Assembly (NCBI RefSeq): GCF_006345805.1
Contig: NC_042997.1
Coordinates: 36,332,001 to 36,396,000, forward strand
Length of the DNA: 64,000 bases
Source of the DNA: Octopus sinensis
Taxonomy: Eukaryota
Direction: 5' to 3'
This document shows positions 40,801 through 54,560 of the stretch, in pieces. Made by a program: the position numbers and the translations under genes. Each line of letters begins with the position of its first letter. Position 1 is the stretch's first letter. The notes beneath the pieces were generated by a model. That model was not told where the DNA came from, searched no databases, and saw nothing but the letters and a program-made list of their open reading frames with translations.

Positions 40801-41083
40801 CTGTTTACATTATTCGAAGCAAATTTTCGAAGAAATTTGAAAACAAAAAGGTTTGTATCATCCACAAAATTGGGCTTTGGTAAACAAACGTCAGCCTCCA
40901 GAGGGGGCAGGTGGCTTGCAAAACTATTTAAACAACAAAATACAGTATAGAATCTTTTAAACAAGAGAATTAGTTATAAACCTACAGCGCTCCAAAAACA
41001 CACCTCCGGGTATGGTAATAATAATAATAATAACAACAACAACAATAATAATAATAATAATGATGATGATGATGATGATGATG

Positions 41084-41179
<96 letters not shown>

Positions 41180-41182
<3 letters not shown>

Positions 41183-41580
41183 GAAATGCTTTCTAATTGA
41201 TGTATCAATACCGGCAGATGACAACGTGTCTCTAAAAGAAATGAAGAAACTCTGAAAATACAAAGACTTGGAAATAGAGGTAACTAGATTGTGGAACCTG
41301 AAAACAGAAACAATTCCTATCATAGTAGGTGCATTAGGCATGATAAAAAAATATTCAGACAAATACATGGCAAAAACACCAGAACTTACAAACACATATA
41401 ACATACAGAAAATTGCACTACTAGGCACTGCACACACCCTACGCAGAACACTTTCCATACAATAACCATCAGAGCATCACAACAAATCACAGCACATACC
41501 CATGGCACACAGAGCTGCGCTCGGTAGTGAAGTGAAAGCACGCTATAAAAATAAAACTACTGAATGATAATAATAATAAT
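41180..41580 (+). mobile_element. R4/Dong-type LINE, 3' end (REL endonuclease)
   Basis: KKCFLIDVSIPADDNVSLKE..KYKDLEIEVTRLWNLKTETIPIIVGALG...IQKIALLGTAHTLRR. (AAT)n on both sides. Confidence 0.92.
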
Positions 41581-42339
41581 AATAATAACTGCAAACCCGT
41601 GAGTAAAATTTTAATCACATATTGATCACAGGCGCCTTCATTCATATCTATAACAAACCCTCTCTCACCCTCTCTCTCTATATATATATGCACATAGCCG
41701 TTTCTTCTCGGTCTCTCGCTTATATATCAATAATACACATAAATACGAAAGAAGCATCGACATGCGGTGTGTCCTGTCAAAAAGTAAACGCTGTAAAGAC
41801 GGACCTATAACAAAACCAACCAGAAAAGGAAAAAATGAACGATGGACAGATAACCATGAAATGGTTGATTTATATTTATATACATTACTACACTACAACA
41901 TACAGTAAATGCACAAATTGAACAAACCCTAAAACATTTTCCATAGAAGATCGATAACCAACAGAAGAACGTAACCTGTACAGAACAAACACACAACGCA
42001 ACAAGTAATACAAAAGATTCAAACTAAACTCCATAACAAAATATACTGATGAAATACAATATTCCCCAAGCAAAAGAAAAAAATAGAAAAGAACAAATTT
42101 AATATACATCTCCTCAGCACAAAATTGCAGTAAGTGATGCAATAGAAATTTACTTGAAAGTACCAAATGTTGGAAAATAATAGTGGTGAGGACGAGGGTG
42201 ACGAACGTTACCTTATCGCAGTTTATGAGAGACGAGTTTGCGCATAAACTCTAGCTGTAACAACTAAAATGAGATCAGACCGTTAAGAGAAAGCATCTCG
42301 CTCGGTAGTGGGTCAGTAAATATGTAGATTGACCACAGC

Positions 42340-44345
42340 TGTAATCCTAAGACATCATCAGCAGATAAAGTAAGGAGGAGGAAATGGACCACCGAAAACA
42401 AAAAAAATCAGGATAGTGATGCACTGCTACTTAATATGTGAACTTAAAATAAGGGGTTACAGAAAACGCATGTCAACACTTTGGGTAGTGAAGAGTGTTT
42501 AAAGTGACTGGGCAGAGACTAGATCATGCTAATGCTTTTAAAAGAAGAGGGTAGATGACAGAATTGAAGTCGAAAGATATCACAGGAGAACTGGGAAAGA
42601 ACGACCAGGCAGTAGGAAAGACAAACGACATAAGTGATACAGCTGAAACCAAAGAATCTAAAGTAAAATAATAATAATAACAGTACTACCAATAAAGAAC
42701 GGACAACTGGCACCAACGATTTAAAGGATTTAAGCGAAGAAGATCAGAAAATTTTAAGTAAAGAAATAATAAAAGTCAGCATTAAAAGGTGCCAACAGAA
42801 GGATGCTGCCAGATAGAACTAGGTGACACAGGAAAGGTTAATATCAAGAGAGGAATTTTCCTAGGAGACTTATTATCCCCTTTAATATTTGTCTTATGTT
42901 TGACCCCCTCCCACCTCAGTTTAGTATTAAGTTTAGTATTAAGGCAAAGGCAGGGTATCAGTTCAGAAATAGTAATAACAATTTGCTCTACATGAACAAT
43001 AGCAATTTGCTTTACATGGATAATCTGAATATTATAAGTAAAAATGAAAAAGCGATAGATTCCTTAATACTGAAAGTATCTTCAGCCAAGATATAGGTAT
43101 GTTATTTGGCATAGATAAGTGTGCAATATTAGTCGTGAGAAGGTGACAGGTGGTAAACAGTCAAAGCATAGAATTACCAGATGGTCAGGAATTAAAGTAG
43201 AAGACAGTTATAAGTACATAAGGGGATTAGAATCTGACAGATTACTAACTATAGAAATGAAAACGAATATTAAGAAGGAGTACAGCAGAAGGCTAAGGAA
43301 GATAGTGAAGGCTCTAAATACTTGGGCAGTATCTTTATTTCGATACTCTGCAGCTTTTGCAGATTCGACAAATCTGACTTAGCAAGGGTAGACAGAAGAA
43401 CTAGAAAGGTATTCAATATGAATGGAGGACTCCATCCAAGGGCAGGATTAGCAAGTTCATACATGTCTAGAAAGGAAAGTCGAAGGGGGCTAATATCAGT
43501 AGAAGACTGCGTGGAGTTAGCTAGAGTAGTTATAGACTCTTATGTCGGTAATAGGAAAGAAAGTTTAAGAGCTGTTTGAGTCATAGCAAGACAGGGAAAC
43601 CAACAAAGCAAACGAAGTTAAAAATCAGTAAGATAACGAAAGTTATCTGACTGGCAGGAGAAGGCTTTCCTTGGTAGGTTCCCGAAGATAGCTGCAGCAA
43701 ATAGTAGTAATGAGACAGGATTATATTTGCAGAAAATAAAGCTGAAAAAGGAGACAGAAAGTTTGTTTGTAGCTGCACAGGATCAAACATTAAGGACTGA
43801 TTGGATAAAATTCAAGATAGAGAAAAACTAGGTAAATTTTCAATGTACGTTATGCAAATCAAAAGAGGAAAGTGTTAAATAGTAAGTGAATGTTGCATGC
43901 TGGCATAGAAAGAATACAAGAAAAGACATGACAACCTAGGGATAGTAATCCACTGGAAGTTATGTAGAAAGCAAGGATTTGAACATACTGAAAAATGGTA
44001 TGGACATGAACCTAGTGGAGTACTAGAAAGTAAGAAATATAAGATGTTGCGGGACTTTAACATTCAGACTGACAGAGTAATATAATCTATAGGAAGCACG
44101 GGTAAAATGCATCCCAGTAGCTATAGGTGCATTACGAACTATCCCTAAAGATTTCAACATGTGGATAGAGAAAATAGGGATAAGAACTTGTTTAGTACAT
44201 GTCCAGAACATAGTGTTATTAGGGACAGTTTGATACCTAGGAGGGTTCCTGGCATCTAAGGTTACTTGTTCTAGACCGATGTTAGGATTCTTTTCTTTTC
44301 CTGCAGTCAAATCTGTTCTGTGTAAATAAATGATGATAATAATAA
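42340..44345 (+). mobile_element. R4/Dong-type LINE, degenerate, with internal deletions
   Basis: N-terminal RRRKWT; RT IKRGIFLGDLLSPLIF and LLYMDNL; ETESLFVAAQDQ; CTLCKSKEES...RHDNL..IHWKLC; C-terminal IGAL...LLGT; ends in (AAT)n. Confidence 0.9.
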
Positions 44346-44744
44346 CAACAATATTCATAATAGTAGTAGTAGTTGTAAGTAGCGTCATAGAAGCGTATAT
44401 AAAGATTAGTCTAATTAAACAAAGAAAACAATACCGATTCAGTAGATAGTCCACAGGGACATACATTTCTATATGAAGGCTATCATAATATTCAGAATCA
44501 AGAGATGTTGAATAAGGTAGCGAAAATTATTTATGATTTATGATTGGATGTACTGTATGTGCATTTCGTATCAATAAGTTCACCGATCATCTTCTAGCCG
44601 TTTATAACAAAATACAAATTTCTTGTTGCCATCATTGTAGTCTTGTAATTCAAGGAATTGGTGATCAATTGCTTTCTGCGACATTATTTACATTTGACGT
44701 GTTTTTGTCCTCATCTTGTTTCTTTTTAACACAACGTTTCAGCT

Positions 44745-44923
44745 GATATACCCTCCAGCCTTAATCAGGTTTGTGGGGGAAATTTTGAACCTGGATTCTC
44801 ATTCTTAAGGTATTTTTCGATGTTTATTATTATTATTATAATTCAGGTCACTGCCTGTAATCGAACTCGGAAACTTGCTGTTAGTAGACCGCGCTATTAA
44901 CCACTACGCCATATGTCCGTGGG
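44745..44923 (-). mobile_element. tRNA-derived SINE, family E
   Basis: Minus strand TGGCGTAGTGGTT (A box) and GAGTTCGATT (B box), then an AT-rich linker and body. Confidence 0.75.
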
Positions 44924-46419
44924 CAAATATGGATTGAATTTTAGGGCTTACAAATCTAAAATTTTGCTATCCTTCCTTAATACCAGTTCCTATATACTAT
45001 TCATATCTGCACTCAGTCTGCTTAGGGGATATTGCGTCCTAGCATGCAGATTCTATCGCATGTCAGTTATATACTGCCGCCAAACTCACTCCATGTTTAC
45101 ATAACTATCGTCATAAAATCTGTAACTTTATAAGAATGAACGTATTGACTTGTATTCTTTTATAATAAAATTTATATCGTTCGCTTTATAAAAAAATAAC
45201 GTTGACTATGATATTTTTTTCCACCCGCAAATTGCAGATGTTTCATGGCGTAACAGCAATGCCCCAAACTTGTTTGACTCCATGTAGAGCAATCCACTTT
45301 GTTGCAATGATTCAACATGATGTCTCTTATATTCACCACTGTACATCCATTACGAGTAATTTGATCTCAGTAAATACATCGCATGTAATTTTATAGCCTC
45401 TTAATTTTATCGCAAAAAAATTACATCATGAATGAAAACATTGTCCACAAATTTATTGCCACGCTAAATTCATCGTCGCTATATTCATCTTCATGCTTTT
45501 TAACTGCAGCGTAAATATATAGTTAATGCCTTTATTCACGGAGTAAATACGTCGCATTTCATTATAAACGATATAGTAAATCAAAGACAAAAAAGTTATA
45601 TCATATTGCCTCGAAAAAATAAATACATAAAGATTAATACTAATTTAAATTGTAGGAACGAAGAAATATTCTAAAAAGAACAAGTTATGTGCAATGCATT
45701 TTAAATATTCTAGTATTTGCAATTTTGATATTCATAGATGATGCATTGAATTCTCTCTGTTCGACTGCACTATCTTTATATTTCTTTTAGAAATGTAGAA
45801 TTTCTGCTCTGGCGATATGCTGTTCAATTATTACTTCGTTTCTGGATTCTTTCTTTCTCAAGATTTCTAAAACTTTCCAGATGGCAGGATCAACATATTT
45901 GTATTGGAATTTCATTGTCATTGTTAATGAAATGCTATGCATTTACTCTGCGAATAATAACCTTGCATAAAGTTGAAAAGGTATTTTACTCTGCAGATAA
46001 AAAGCATGATAAGGAATATACGTACGATGTGTTAGGTATGGTCATAAAATTACCTAACAATTTATTGCCTCGCCTTGTGATTATCAGTCGACTGAATGTC
46101 AGGCGAATTTATTGCGATGAATTTACTGTAAACTATTCGATCTTCGTCTCCGGTTTGTGCATAGCTTTTCCTTTAACTTAACCAGACACACTAGCCATGC
46201 AAAGTTCATTCTCTCTGCCTTTCATTCCGATGTATGAAAAAAAAAGGATAAATTTAAAGAAAAGTAAAAAAAAAATACCAGCAATAAAGTATTGGTATGA
46301 CCAAAATATTTCTTTCAGATATTGGTACAAGGCCATCAGAGTTTCAGAGGATGGGGAAGCCAAATACATTGACAAAAGTAATGATGTCATTTATTTTATC
46401 AACCTCGAAAAGACGAAAC

Positions 46420-46580
46420 ACATTTTCTACCTCAGGCACAAAATCTTAAATTTTATAAGACACCGAATGGATGAATGCAAAGTTGACTTCTGCAGAATTA
46501 GGAACCAGAAACATAAGACGGACAAAATACTACTAAACATCTTTTCCGACGTACCAAAGATTCCGTCAGCATGCCGCCTG
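46420..46580 (-). mobile_element. SINE family A, degenerate; overlaps the spurious 171-aa ORF
   Basis: Reverse complement reads AGGCGGCATGCTGACGGAATC...GTATTTTGTCCGTCTT...GAAGTCAACTTTGCATTCATCCATTCGG. Confidence 0.65.
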
Positions 46581-48086
46581 TTGTATCACCAAAATAGTGA
46601 CAAATACTGGGTGGTTCAATTCATTTCCCACACTACATGGAATATATATCTTAATGTATTATCTTGTAATGTCTATTTGTTATTTATCCCATGTTTAGGT
46701 ACAACACTTTGAGAACAGCAAGATTCATGGCATTTGTTTACGATTTTAATGGCATCTCGAAGGTGAGATAAAACGTAACTTGTAGTTGCATCTGAATGAA
46801 ACTCCAACAAGATTAAATAGCAATAGAAATTTATAACAATATGAATCTTACAAACACTATGTCTGGAGAATTCTGTAAATTTTGTGTAACGGTGAATTAA
46901 ACGGATTTGCCGAGTTCTGTTATCTTAAAAACAATACGCTCTCAATTATAATGTTTTATATAAAGATACTGATTTATGTTAAATTTTTACGTACATTTTT
47001 CATAAAATTGAAAACACATTTACTTATTTCATTCTGTACAAGCTAAACAACGCTCCAATAACTCAAAAACAAAGCGAAACCTATTTATCAAATATCGGTT
47101 ATTAGTGAAACATGATTTGATTTCATCTGCATTATGTACTCAGAATAAGTATGCATATTGTATGAAATTCGCATTTTATATTTATGACATTCGAGTAAAT
47201 ATATCTATGTTTGAAACGGGAAATAAACAGTGTTATCTGTTTAAAAAAATGGAATACAATAGCAAACAATCAAATAGGTATTGTAGATAGTCGTCCCATT
47301 GCCGGCTTTCTTTACAATTTAGAGTTAGCTTCAGAATTAATGTTACACTAAACTAGCTAGGGTTTTACACACACACACACACGCACACAGACAGACACGC
47401 GCAGACACACACACACAGAGACACGCGCAGACACACACACACACACACACGCATTTGTATACACATTCACATCTTCGATACGCGTAGGTGTACGTGAGAG
47501 CACGCGCTGACGAATGTGTAAGCACGTGAGTATAGGAACACAGAGACATATATGCATGTGTGTATATGCACATGCATACATACATACACACATACATGCA
47601 TACATCCGCATAGAGGTGCTCTGTAGGTAAATGTCAGGAATTTTGCTTCACAATCACGAGGTCCCGCTTTCGACTCCTCGTTGTGTCATATTCGCTAAAT
47701 ATAATTTATATCGCATCACATCAACACATATAATGTGGATACCTGTTGAATGCATCGTACCTTTAACTAAAAAATCCACGCATTACCTACTGTGCCACGC
47801 TTAATTCTTCAGAATATCACATTATTCTATTCATCGGCCAATACTTTAGAATACCGCATATATTTCATTGTGTTCTTTTATGATCTTGGTAGTTTAGTTT
47901 ATCGAATATATTAACACAGTTGGTCGGAAATTCTGCAGCTAATCCATATTTATTCTTGCACAAATATAAAGAGATAAAACGTGTGTGTCGGTGTACAAGG
48001 GAATCTTAGCATATGTATAGATGGATATAGAATATATATATATATATATATATATGCATACACATACACACACACACACACACACG

Positions 48087-48150
<64 letters not shown>

Positions 48151-48180
48151 ACACATACACACACACATATATATGTGTTT

Positions 48181-48300
48181 AAGAAAAATGTCCATTTCCT
48201 TGGTTTTGTGTTTATGTTTTCGTTTCTCATTGTTCGACGTTTTTTGGTGTCCTGTACCCATATATGCATGTATATATACATGTAGAGGTAGGTACGTACA
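48181..48300 (-). mobile_element. Fragment of the same repeat family as 12657-12740
   Basis: Shares GCATATAYGGGTACAGGACA and the downstream A-rich pattern, in opposite orientation. Confidence 0.6.
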
Positions 48301-48403
48301 TATATGTATGTATATATCAATATGTTTTATTTATTTATTAATTTATATATATATATATATACATACTCATATATATGTATATTCACATTATATATATATA
48401 TAT

Positions 48404-48481
<78 letters not shown>

Positions 48482-48810
48482 CATTTATGTATTAATATAT
48501 TTTATTTGCTTCAGTTATACGGCCGCGGCCATGCGAGGGCAGTACCGAAATTTTGTATCTTTTCCACATTTTTGGCTGACTCTTCAGAGTGGAGGGCATT
48601 CATATCACCGCTCATGTCTGTACTATGCCCCTAAATGTTTAGCTTGTATGAAGCAGTTTGGATGCTGCACTCTCCCGCCGGAATTTGGTTAGTCTATAAG
48701 TGTGGATAGGAGAAATAGACTCCAGTTCGTGGATCTCTACAACACTCGATGTCGAAAGTAGGTGTTAGCCGTTACAGAATTATCCATATATATGCATGAA
48801 TATTTCTATA

Positions 48811-48886
48811 ACGAGAATTGTATTGGCAGTTATTTCGAAGTCTCGGGCGGTTTAGCCTCCGAAGTCACTGTCGATACAATTCTTGT
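48811..48886 (+). other. Imperfect 27-bp stem-loop (pre-miRNA-like or MITE-like)
   Basis: Arms 48814-48837 and 48860-48883 pair at 23 of 24 positions with 3 G-U pairs; 22-nt loop. Confidence 0.5.
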
Positions 48887-49207
48887 CAAAAAGTAGTACA
48901 TATGTGCTTCATAAAAATATTGAGTAATCATTGGTTTTAACATAACGCGACAAAACGACAAACATTATGCAGAAACAGACACATACACACACACACACAC
49001 ACGCACACACATATACATACATACGTACGTACACACACACTCTCTCTCACACACACACATATTTTTATATATCCCTTCTTATACGCATGTAATACAATTT
49101 TCCTGAATTTTCAGATTTTTCTATATGCTAGGCTACTAGTTTCAAATTGATGTTAATTAAATTAATATTCAATTTATCAGCCTCAATATTTAAATATATA
49201 TATATAT

Positions 49208-49263
49208 ATATTTAGCTTCACAGAATATACATATATATATATATATTCTGTGAAGCTAAATAT
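49208..49263. repeat. 56-bp palindrome with 22-bp perfect arms around a (TA)n centre
   Basis: ATATTTAGCTTCACAGAATATA ... TATATTCTGTGAAGCTAAATAT. Confidence 0.95.
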
Positions 49264-49507
49264 CAAGACACAGTACAATGAACACAAGCATGCTACTCTA
49301 CAACTAACTGCTCTTATTCTGCACCCACAGCAGCAAACAACCAACCAGCAAATATTTTTTTTTCTCCCTAAGAGACTCATTGTATTAAGTGTCCCAATTC
49401 CTATCAGCATCTAAGTAAAAAAAAAACCCTCGATATTTCTCCGCTGAATGATTATGAACTTAATAGTCTACCTGACCAGCACTTAACTGGTTCTAAACAA
49501 CAAAACC

Positions 49508-49509
<2 letters not shown>

Positions 49510-49566
<57 letters not shown>

Positions 49567-49616
49567 TAATAATGATAATAATAATAATAGTAATAATAAT
49601 AATAAAAACAATAATG

Positions 49617-49657
<41 letters not shown>

Positions 49658-49665
49658 GATAATAA
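49510..49665. repeat. (AAT)n microsatellite
   Basis: Direct reading; one of many (AAT)n, (TA)n and (CA)n tracts across the window. Confidence 0.97.
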
Positions 49666-50061
49666 AAATAAACACCCCCGTACATTATTATTACAACCAT
49701 CCATATCGGTAGCTGTATAGCCAACATGAACAGAATCAAACTGATACTGCTATTACAAATAAAGCCAAAAAGTAACGTAAATTTCTGCATTAAATTAATT
49801 GTATATGGTTAATAGGAATAAGTTTGAACGTATACATGAATAATATATATGTGGTCTACGCTGCTAAAGCAAAATGTGTAGGCAAAGATGTAAATAATAA
49901 GTAAGGAATAAAGAAAACAAAAAATAGAGATTGAAGAAGAAAAAACATTGCGATAGTGATGCGCCGGGAAAAATGCGACGTAAACATAGGCAAACGAAAA
50001 TATTAAGTGGACACACACACACACACACACACACCACACACACACACACATGCATGTATAG

Positions 50062-50095
<34 letters not shown>

Positions 50096-50108
50096 GTGTG
50101 TTTGTGCG

Positions 50109-50194
<86 letters not shown>

Positions 50195-50354
50195 ATATAT
50201 ATAATATAAATAAGGATAAGATCGATATTTAAATATCGAACTGATCAAGTGGCTAGTTTATATTGTCTTTTTGTCTTTTCTACTGGTGCTATATGGACGT
50301 TTAATGTGGTTTTAGAGTCAAGTTTTGGCTGCTATTTCAAACGTGGTTGCATCG

Positions 50355-50480
50355 CAGGCACAGGCTTAGCTTTCCCAAACACATGGTTCGTGGTTCGCTC
50401 CCATTGTGCAAGTGTCTACTAATATAGCATCGGGCCGACCAAAGCCTTGTGAATGGATTTGATAGACGGATACTGAAAAA
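50355..50480 (+). mobile_element. SINE family B, 5' half
   Basis: CCACATGGTTC-like head, GGGCCGACCAAAGCCTTGTGA. Confidence 0.7.
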
Positions 50481-50766
50481 AAAAAAAAGCCTTTCTTAAT
50501 ATGTAACATTCACGCTATACCCACGTATATGTTTAAAAGGAGATACTCTCTTACATGAACGTACATAAATGTAAAATACACGAATCTAATCTGAGTGAGC
50601 GTGTTCTTCGATATGCGTATAGGCCTACCGATATGTGTATGTACGTAACTGCAACAATCACGTCAAACGTGCGGCGATTTCGAAGAAACAATAAATCACC
50701 AAATAGGGAACTTCGATAGAACGTATAATAACTACGTCATTCTGACTTAACAAAACTTGAAACGTT

Positions 50767-50826
<60 letters not shown>

Positions 50827-50836
50827 ATACACACAC

Positions 50837-50887
<51 letters not shown>

Positions 50888-51047
50888 GGTGAGTATGTGC
50901 TTGTGGGTGTTGTATATATGTATGTATGCATGTGTAAGCATCCTGAACATGCAAAAATATAAATGCTTATACACACACTCAAACATACAAACCAGCTATG
51001 CACTAGATGTTACGACACTTCTTGTGCTCGTTTTTATTTCTTTGACT

Positions 51048-51098
<51 letters not shown>

Positions 51099-51148
51099 CA
51101 GTACTACAAAAACAACAACTACTAGTACTACTGATAAAAAGACTAATA

Positions 51149-51183
<35 letters not shown>

Positions 51184-51214
51184 AATGATGATGGGGATAG
51201 TGATTTTAGAAAAA

Positions 51215-51400
51215 AGCCAGCACGTTCGGGGGAAGGGATACGTCTATGACAGCGATTCCAGTGTGCAACTGGTACTTATTTTATCGAACCCGAGGAGGAC
51301 TAAAGGCAAAGTCAAGTTCGGCGTCATTTGAACTCAGAACGTAAGACGGACGAAATGACGCAAAACATTTTGACCGGCATGCGAACGATTCTAGTAAAAA
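51215..51400 (-). mobile_element. SINE family A
   Basis: AAAGGCAAAGTC...TTTGAACTCAGAACGTAAGACGGACGAAAT. Confidence 0.85.
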
Positions 51401-51414
51401 TAATGATGATGATG

Positions 51415-51462
<48 letters not shown>

Positions 51463-51479
51463 GTAATAATAATAATAAT

Positions 51480-51620
51480 CCTTTGTACTGAAGGCACAAT
51501 GCTTGAAATTAGTGGGGAAGGAACTAGTCAATTACACTGACCTCTGTGTTTCACTGGTACTTATTTATCGATCCCGAAATGATGAAAAGCAAAGTCGACC
51601 CTCGTGGTATTTGTACTCAA
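51480..51620 (-). mobile_element. SINE family A, 3' part
   Basis: CTGGTACTTATTTATCGA...AAAGTCGACC. Confidence 0.75.
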
Positions 51621-51668
51621 CAACAACAACAACAACAATAACACTGCTACTACTACTACTACTACTAC

Positions 51669-51710
<42 letters not shown>

Positions 51711-51715
51711 TAATA

Positions 51716-51750
<35 letters not shown>

Positions 51751-52049
51751 AATAATAATAATAAATATAATAACAAAAATAATAACAATATAACGATAGC
51801 ATCGTCGTCTTGAATGAATTCTTGAATGTAACATCCCTCAACTAATTGAACTCATCTCTCCCCACCACTCTCTCTCTCTGTCTCTCAATCTCTCTTTGCT
51901 ATTCGATAATGTAAGTATACGAGAACCCATACTTATATAATTCATAAATGCATACATACATGCATCTACACTTTCATATACACGTACATATATGCGTTTT
52001 TGTCTCTCTGTGTGTATGCGTGTGTGTTTATAGTTACCTTTCTTCTTTT

Positions 52050-52640
52050 ATCTTTTACTTGTGGCAGTCATTAGACTGCGGCGAGGCTGGGGCACCCTCC
52101 TTTAAGAAATGTTAGTCGAAGGAATCGACACCCACTAATGTTATTATTTTTTTTTTATTTCTTTAAGCCTGATACATATTCTATTGATTTTCCATGCCGA
52201 AACGCTAAATTACGGTGGTGTAAATATACCAAGACCAATCGTCAAGCAGAGATGGGGGACTTACACAGACACAAAATAAACACACGCAGATATATGTGAG
52301 TAGGTATGTGTGTGTATGTATGGTTTTATATATATATATATCAAAATGAGGGTGAAAAATTGTATATTAATTTAATAGTATCAGTTTAACACATACAAAT
52401 GTATGTATATTTATATATATTTATATATATATATATATATGTATCTCTCTCTCTCTCTCTCTCTCTGTATATATATATACACACACACAGAAACATATAT
52501 ATACGGCGAGTCTGTTTCAGTTTTCGCCTCACAAATCCACTCGCAAGTCTTTGGACGGCCTGAGGCCCAAGGTTACAAGCAGTGGGACTGAATCTGGAAT
52601 TATGTGGTGGGAAAGCAAGATTCTTACTACAGAGCCAGGC
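52050..52640 (-). mobile_element. SINE family B with expanded internal microsatellite
   Basis: Tail at 52050-52270 and head at 52500-52640, separated by (TA)/(TC)/(CA) repeats. Confidence 0.7.
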
Positions 52641-53284
52641 TAAGTTGTGTACATCTTTAATAACGTTGAAAAATGCATGTGCAAAAATACTCAAGTGGGA
52701 CGGCATATCAGGTTTGAAACGACGGTTTTCCAAATGAATATTCGACGACCTTGCAACTTAATATGTTATGGAGCTGCTTCCTATTAATATTACATACATT
52801 CATGCATGCATCCAATAATATGCACATGCATACATATATAGATATATTGCCTTGCTACGGGACCTTATCTTCTCAATGCTCTCTTAGGGTTACCATGTTG
52901 ACATAACCTCACGTACGCATTTTCCCACTGGCAGGACCAATGTCCCTTTTAATTCTGACAACTGATAGTTCCCTCCAGAAGGAGATAAAGGCAGCAAAAA
53001 ATTAATGAAAGGGGAGAGTAGATCCCAGTGCAGGGCTTGCTCCAATATTTATCGCCTTTGAAAGATGAAAGACAAAGTCAACCTCAGTGCGGTGGGAGCC
53101 AGAATCATTTACAACAGATATATTTGTATGTATGGACGAACACACAAACAAATGTATCTAACGCTTTAACAGGCCTGACATTATACTTTCTTTCTCTCTC
53201 TCTCTCACACACACACACACCACACATACACACACGCACGCACACTCACAGAGCAAAATATGCGTGTGTATGTGTGTGTGTGTA

Positions 53285-53326
<42 letters not shown>

Positions 53327-53350
53327 TATATATATTATATATATATATAT

Positions 53351-53425
<75 letters not shown>

Positions 53426-53659
53426 GACCGGGTTGAGTTGTGTTCTTGAGTAAGGCACTTTATTTCACATTGCAGACACATATACATGTATATGTTTATA
53501 TATAGGTATATATCCATTGATTTTTGTGTGTGAATATACATGTGTGTATATATTACTACACTCGACACTCGCATTTAGGATAGTGTCAGGTCATCGTCTA
53601 TGCTTTCACTAGTTTGGTGTTCACCTGTGTGCATGTGTGTATGTGTTTGTTTTCGTGTT

Positions 53660-54017
53660 TGTGTGAATAGAGAGAGAGAGAGTGAGTGAGTGAGAGGGAC
53701 AGAATGAGAGAGAGTGAGATAGAAACCGGCAGTCAGACAAAGACAGTGAGAGAGACAGAGAGAAAGACAGATAGAGAGACAGACAGTCAGAGATAGACAC
53801 AGAGAGAGAGAGAGAGACAAAAGAGAGAGAGAGAGACAAAGAGAGTGTAAGTGAGACACAGAGAGACTGAGAAAGAGAGTGAGAGGGACTGAAAGAGAGA
53901 GAGAGAGACAAAGAGAGAGAGAGAGAGACAAAGAGAGAGAGAGAGACAAAGAGAGAGTAAGTGAGACACAGAGAGACTGAGAAAGAGAGTGAGAGGGACT
54001 GAAAGAGAGAGAGAGAT
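53660..54017. repeat. GA-rich compound repeat containing a duplicated unit of about 70-110 bp
   Basis: GTAAGTGAGACACAGAGAGACTGAGAAAGAGAGTGAGAGGGACTGAAAG occurs twice. Confidence 0.9.
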
Positions 54018-54180
54018 TGAAGTAAATTTTTATCCTTCCAATTCCAAGTAGCCAAACATTCACGATGTGAGAACCAGATGAAAACAGAGCCGTTCTAGTA
54101 ATCGGTCAGTATTAACTTTATTGGCAATGAAATCATGAAACGTGAAGTTGACTTCGGCAGGACTTGAACTGAGATCTCAA

Positions 54181-54560
54181 GAGGCAGCATGTAATATTAC
54201 GGCACTTTCTATCCTACGCTGTAAACGCTTTGTCAATCAAGATTTTCCTGGGAATAGAAGGATGGGTTATCGGTTTTCATAGATTAACGTTCAATTGTGT
54301 TATTTTGGAGAATTGCATTAGTTGTATCACATAGAAAAAACGAAAGCAACATTTCTTCAATGCCAGCAGTATGAGGCACGTAGGAGACAGAATGTAATAT
54401 TGCGGCACTTTCTATTCGACGCTCTAAAGGCAATCAACATTATCTTGAGAATAGATGGGTGAATTGTCAATTTTCATAGATTTACTTTTAGTTGTATCAT
54501 TTTGGAGTATTGCATCCGTTGTATATCTTCAATCTTCCATGCCGGAAGCATGAGGGTCTT
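54181..54560. repeat. Old tandem duplication of about 190-200 bp
   Basis: Shared ATGTAATATT(A/G)CGGCACTTTCTAT, TTTTCATAGATT and TTTTGGAG(A/T)ATTGCAT in two consecutive units. Confidence 0.8.

Larger units (their letters stand above)
37419..41012 (-). mobile_element. L1/Tx1-type LINE with ORF1 and APE endonuclease but no RT (internal deletion)
   Basis: ORF1 CCHC knuckle CHYCVSTGHLRFFC at 39704-39663. Endonuclease motifs LDVIAVSETKL, DWNA, SYLD and YTDHK at 38893-38290. C-terminal VVWWMRLK/ERWVNVARM. AATAAA at the 3' end. The 5' boundary is inferred. Confidence 0.88.

Noticed and set aside
46197-46712. 171-aa plus-strand ORF
   Set aside because: Its middle is the antisense of a degenerate family A SINE (46420-46580) and its start lies in A-rich low-complexity sequence.
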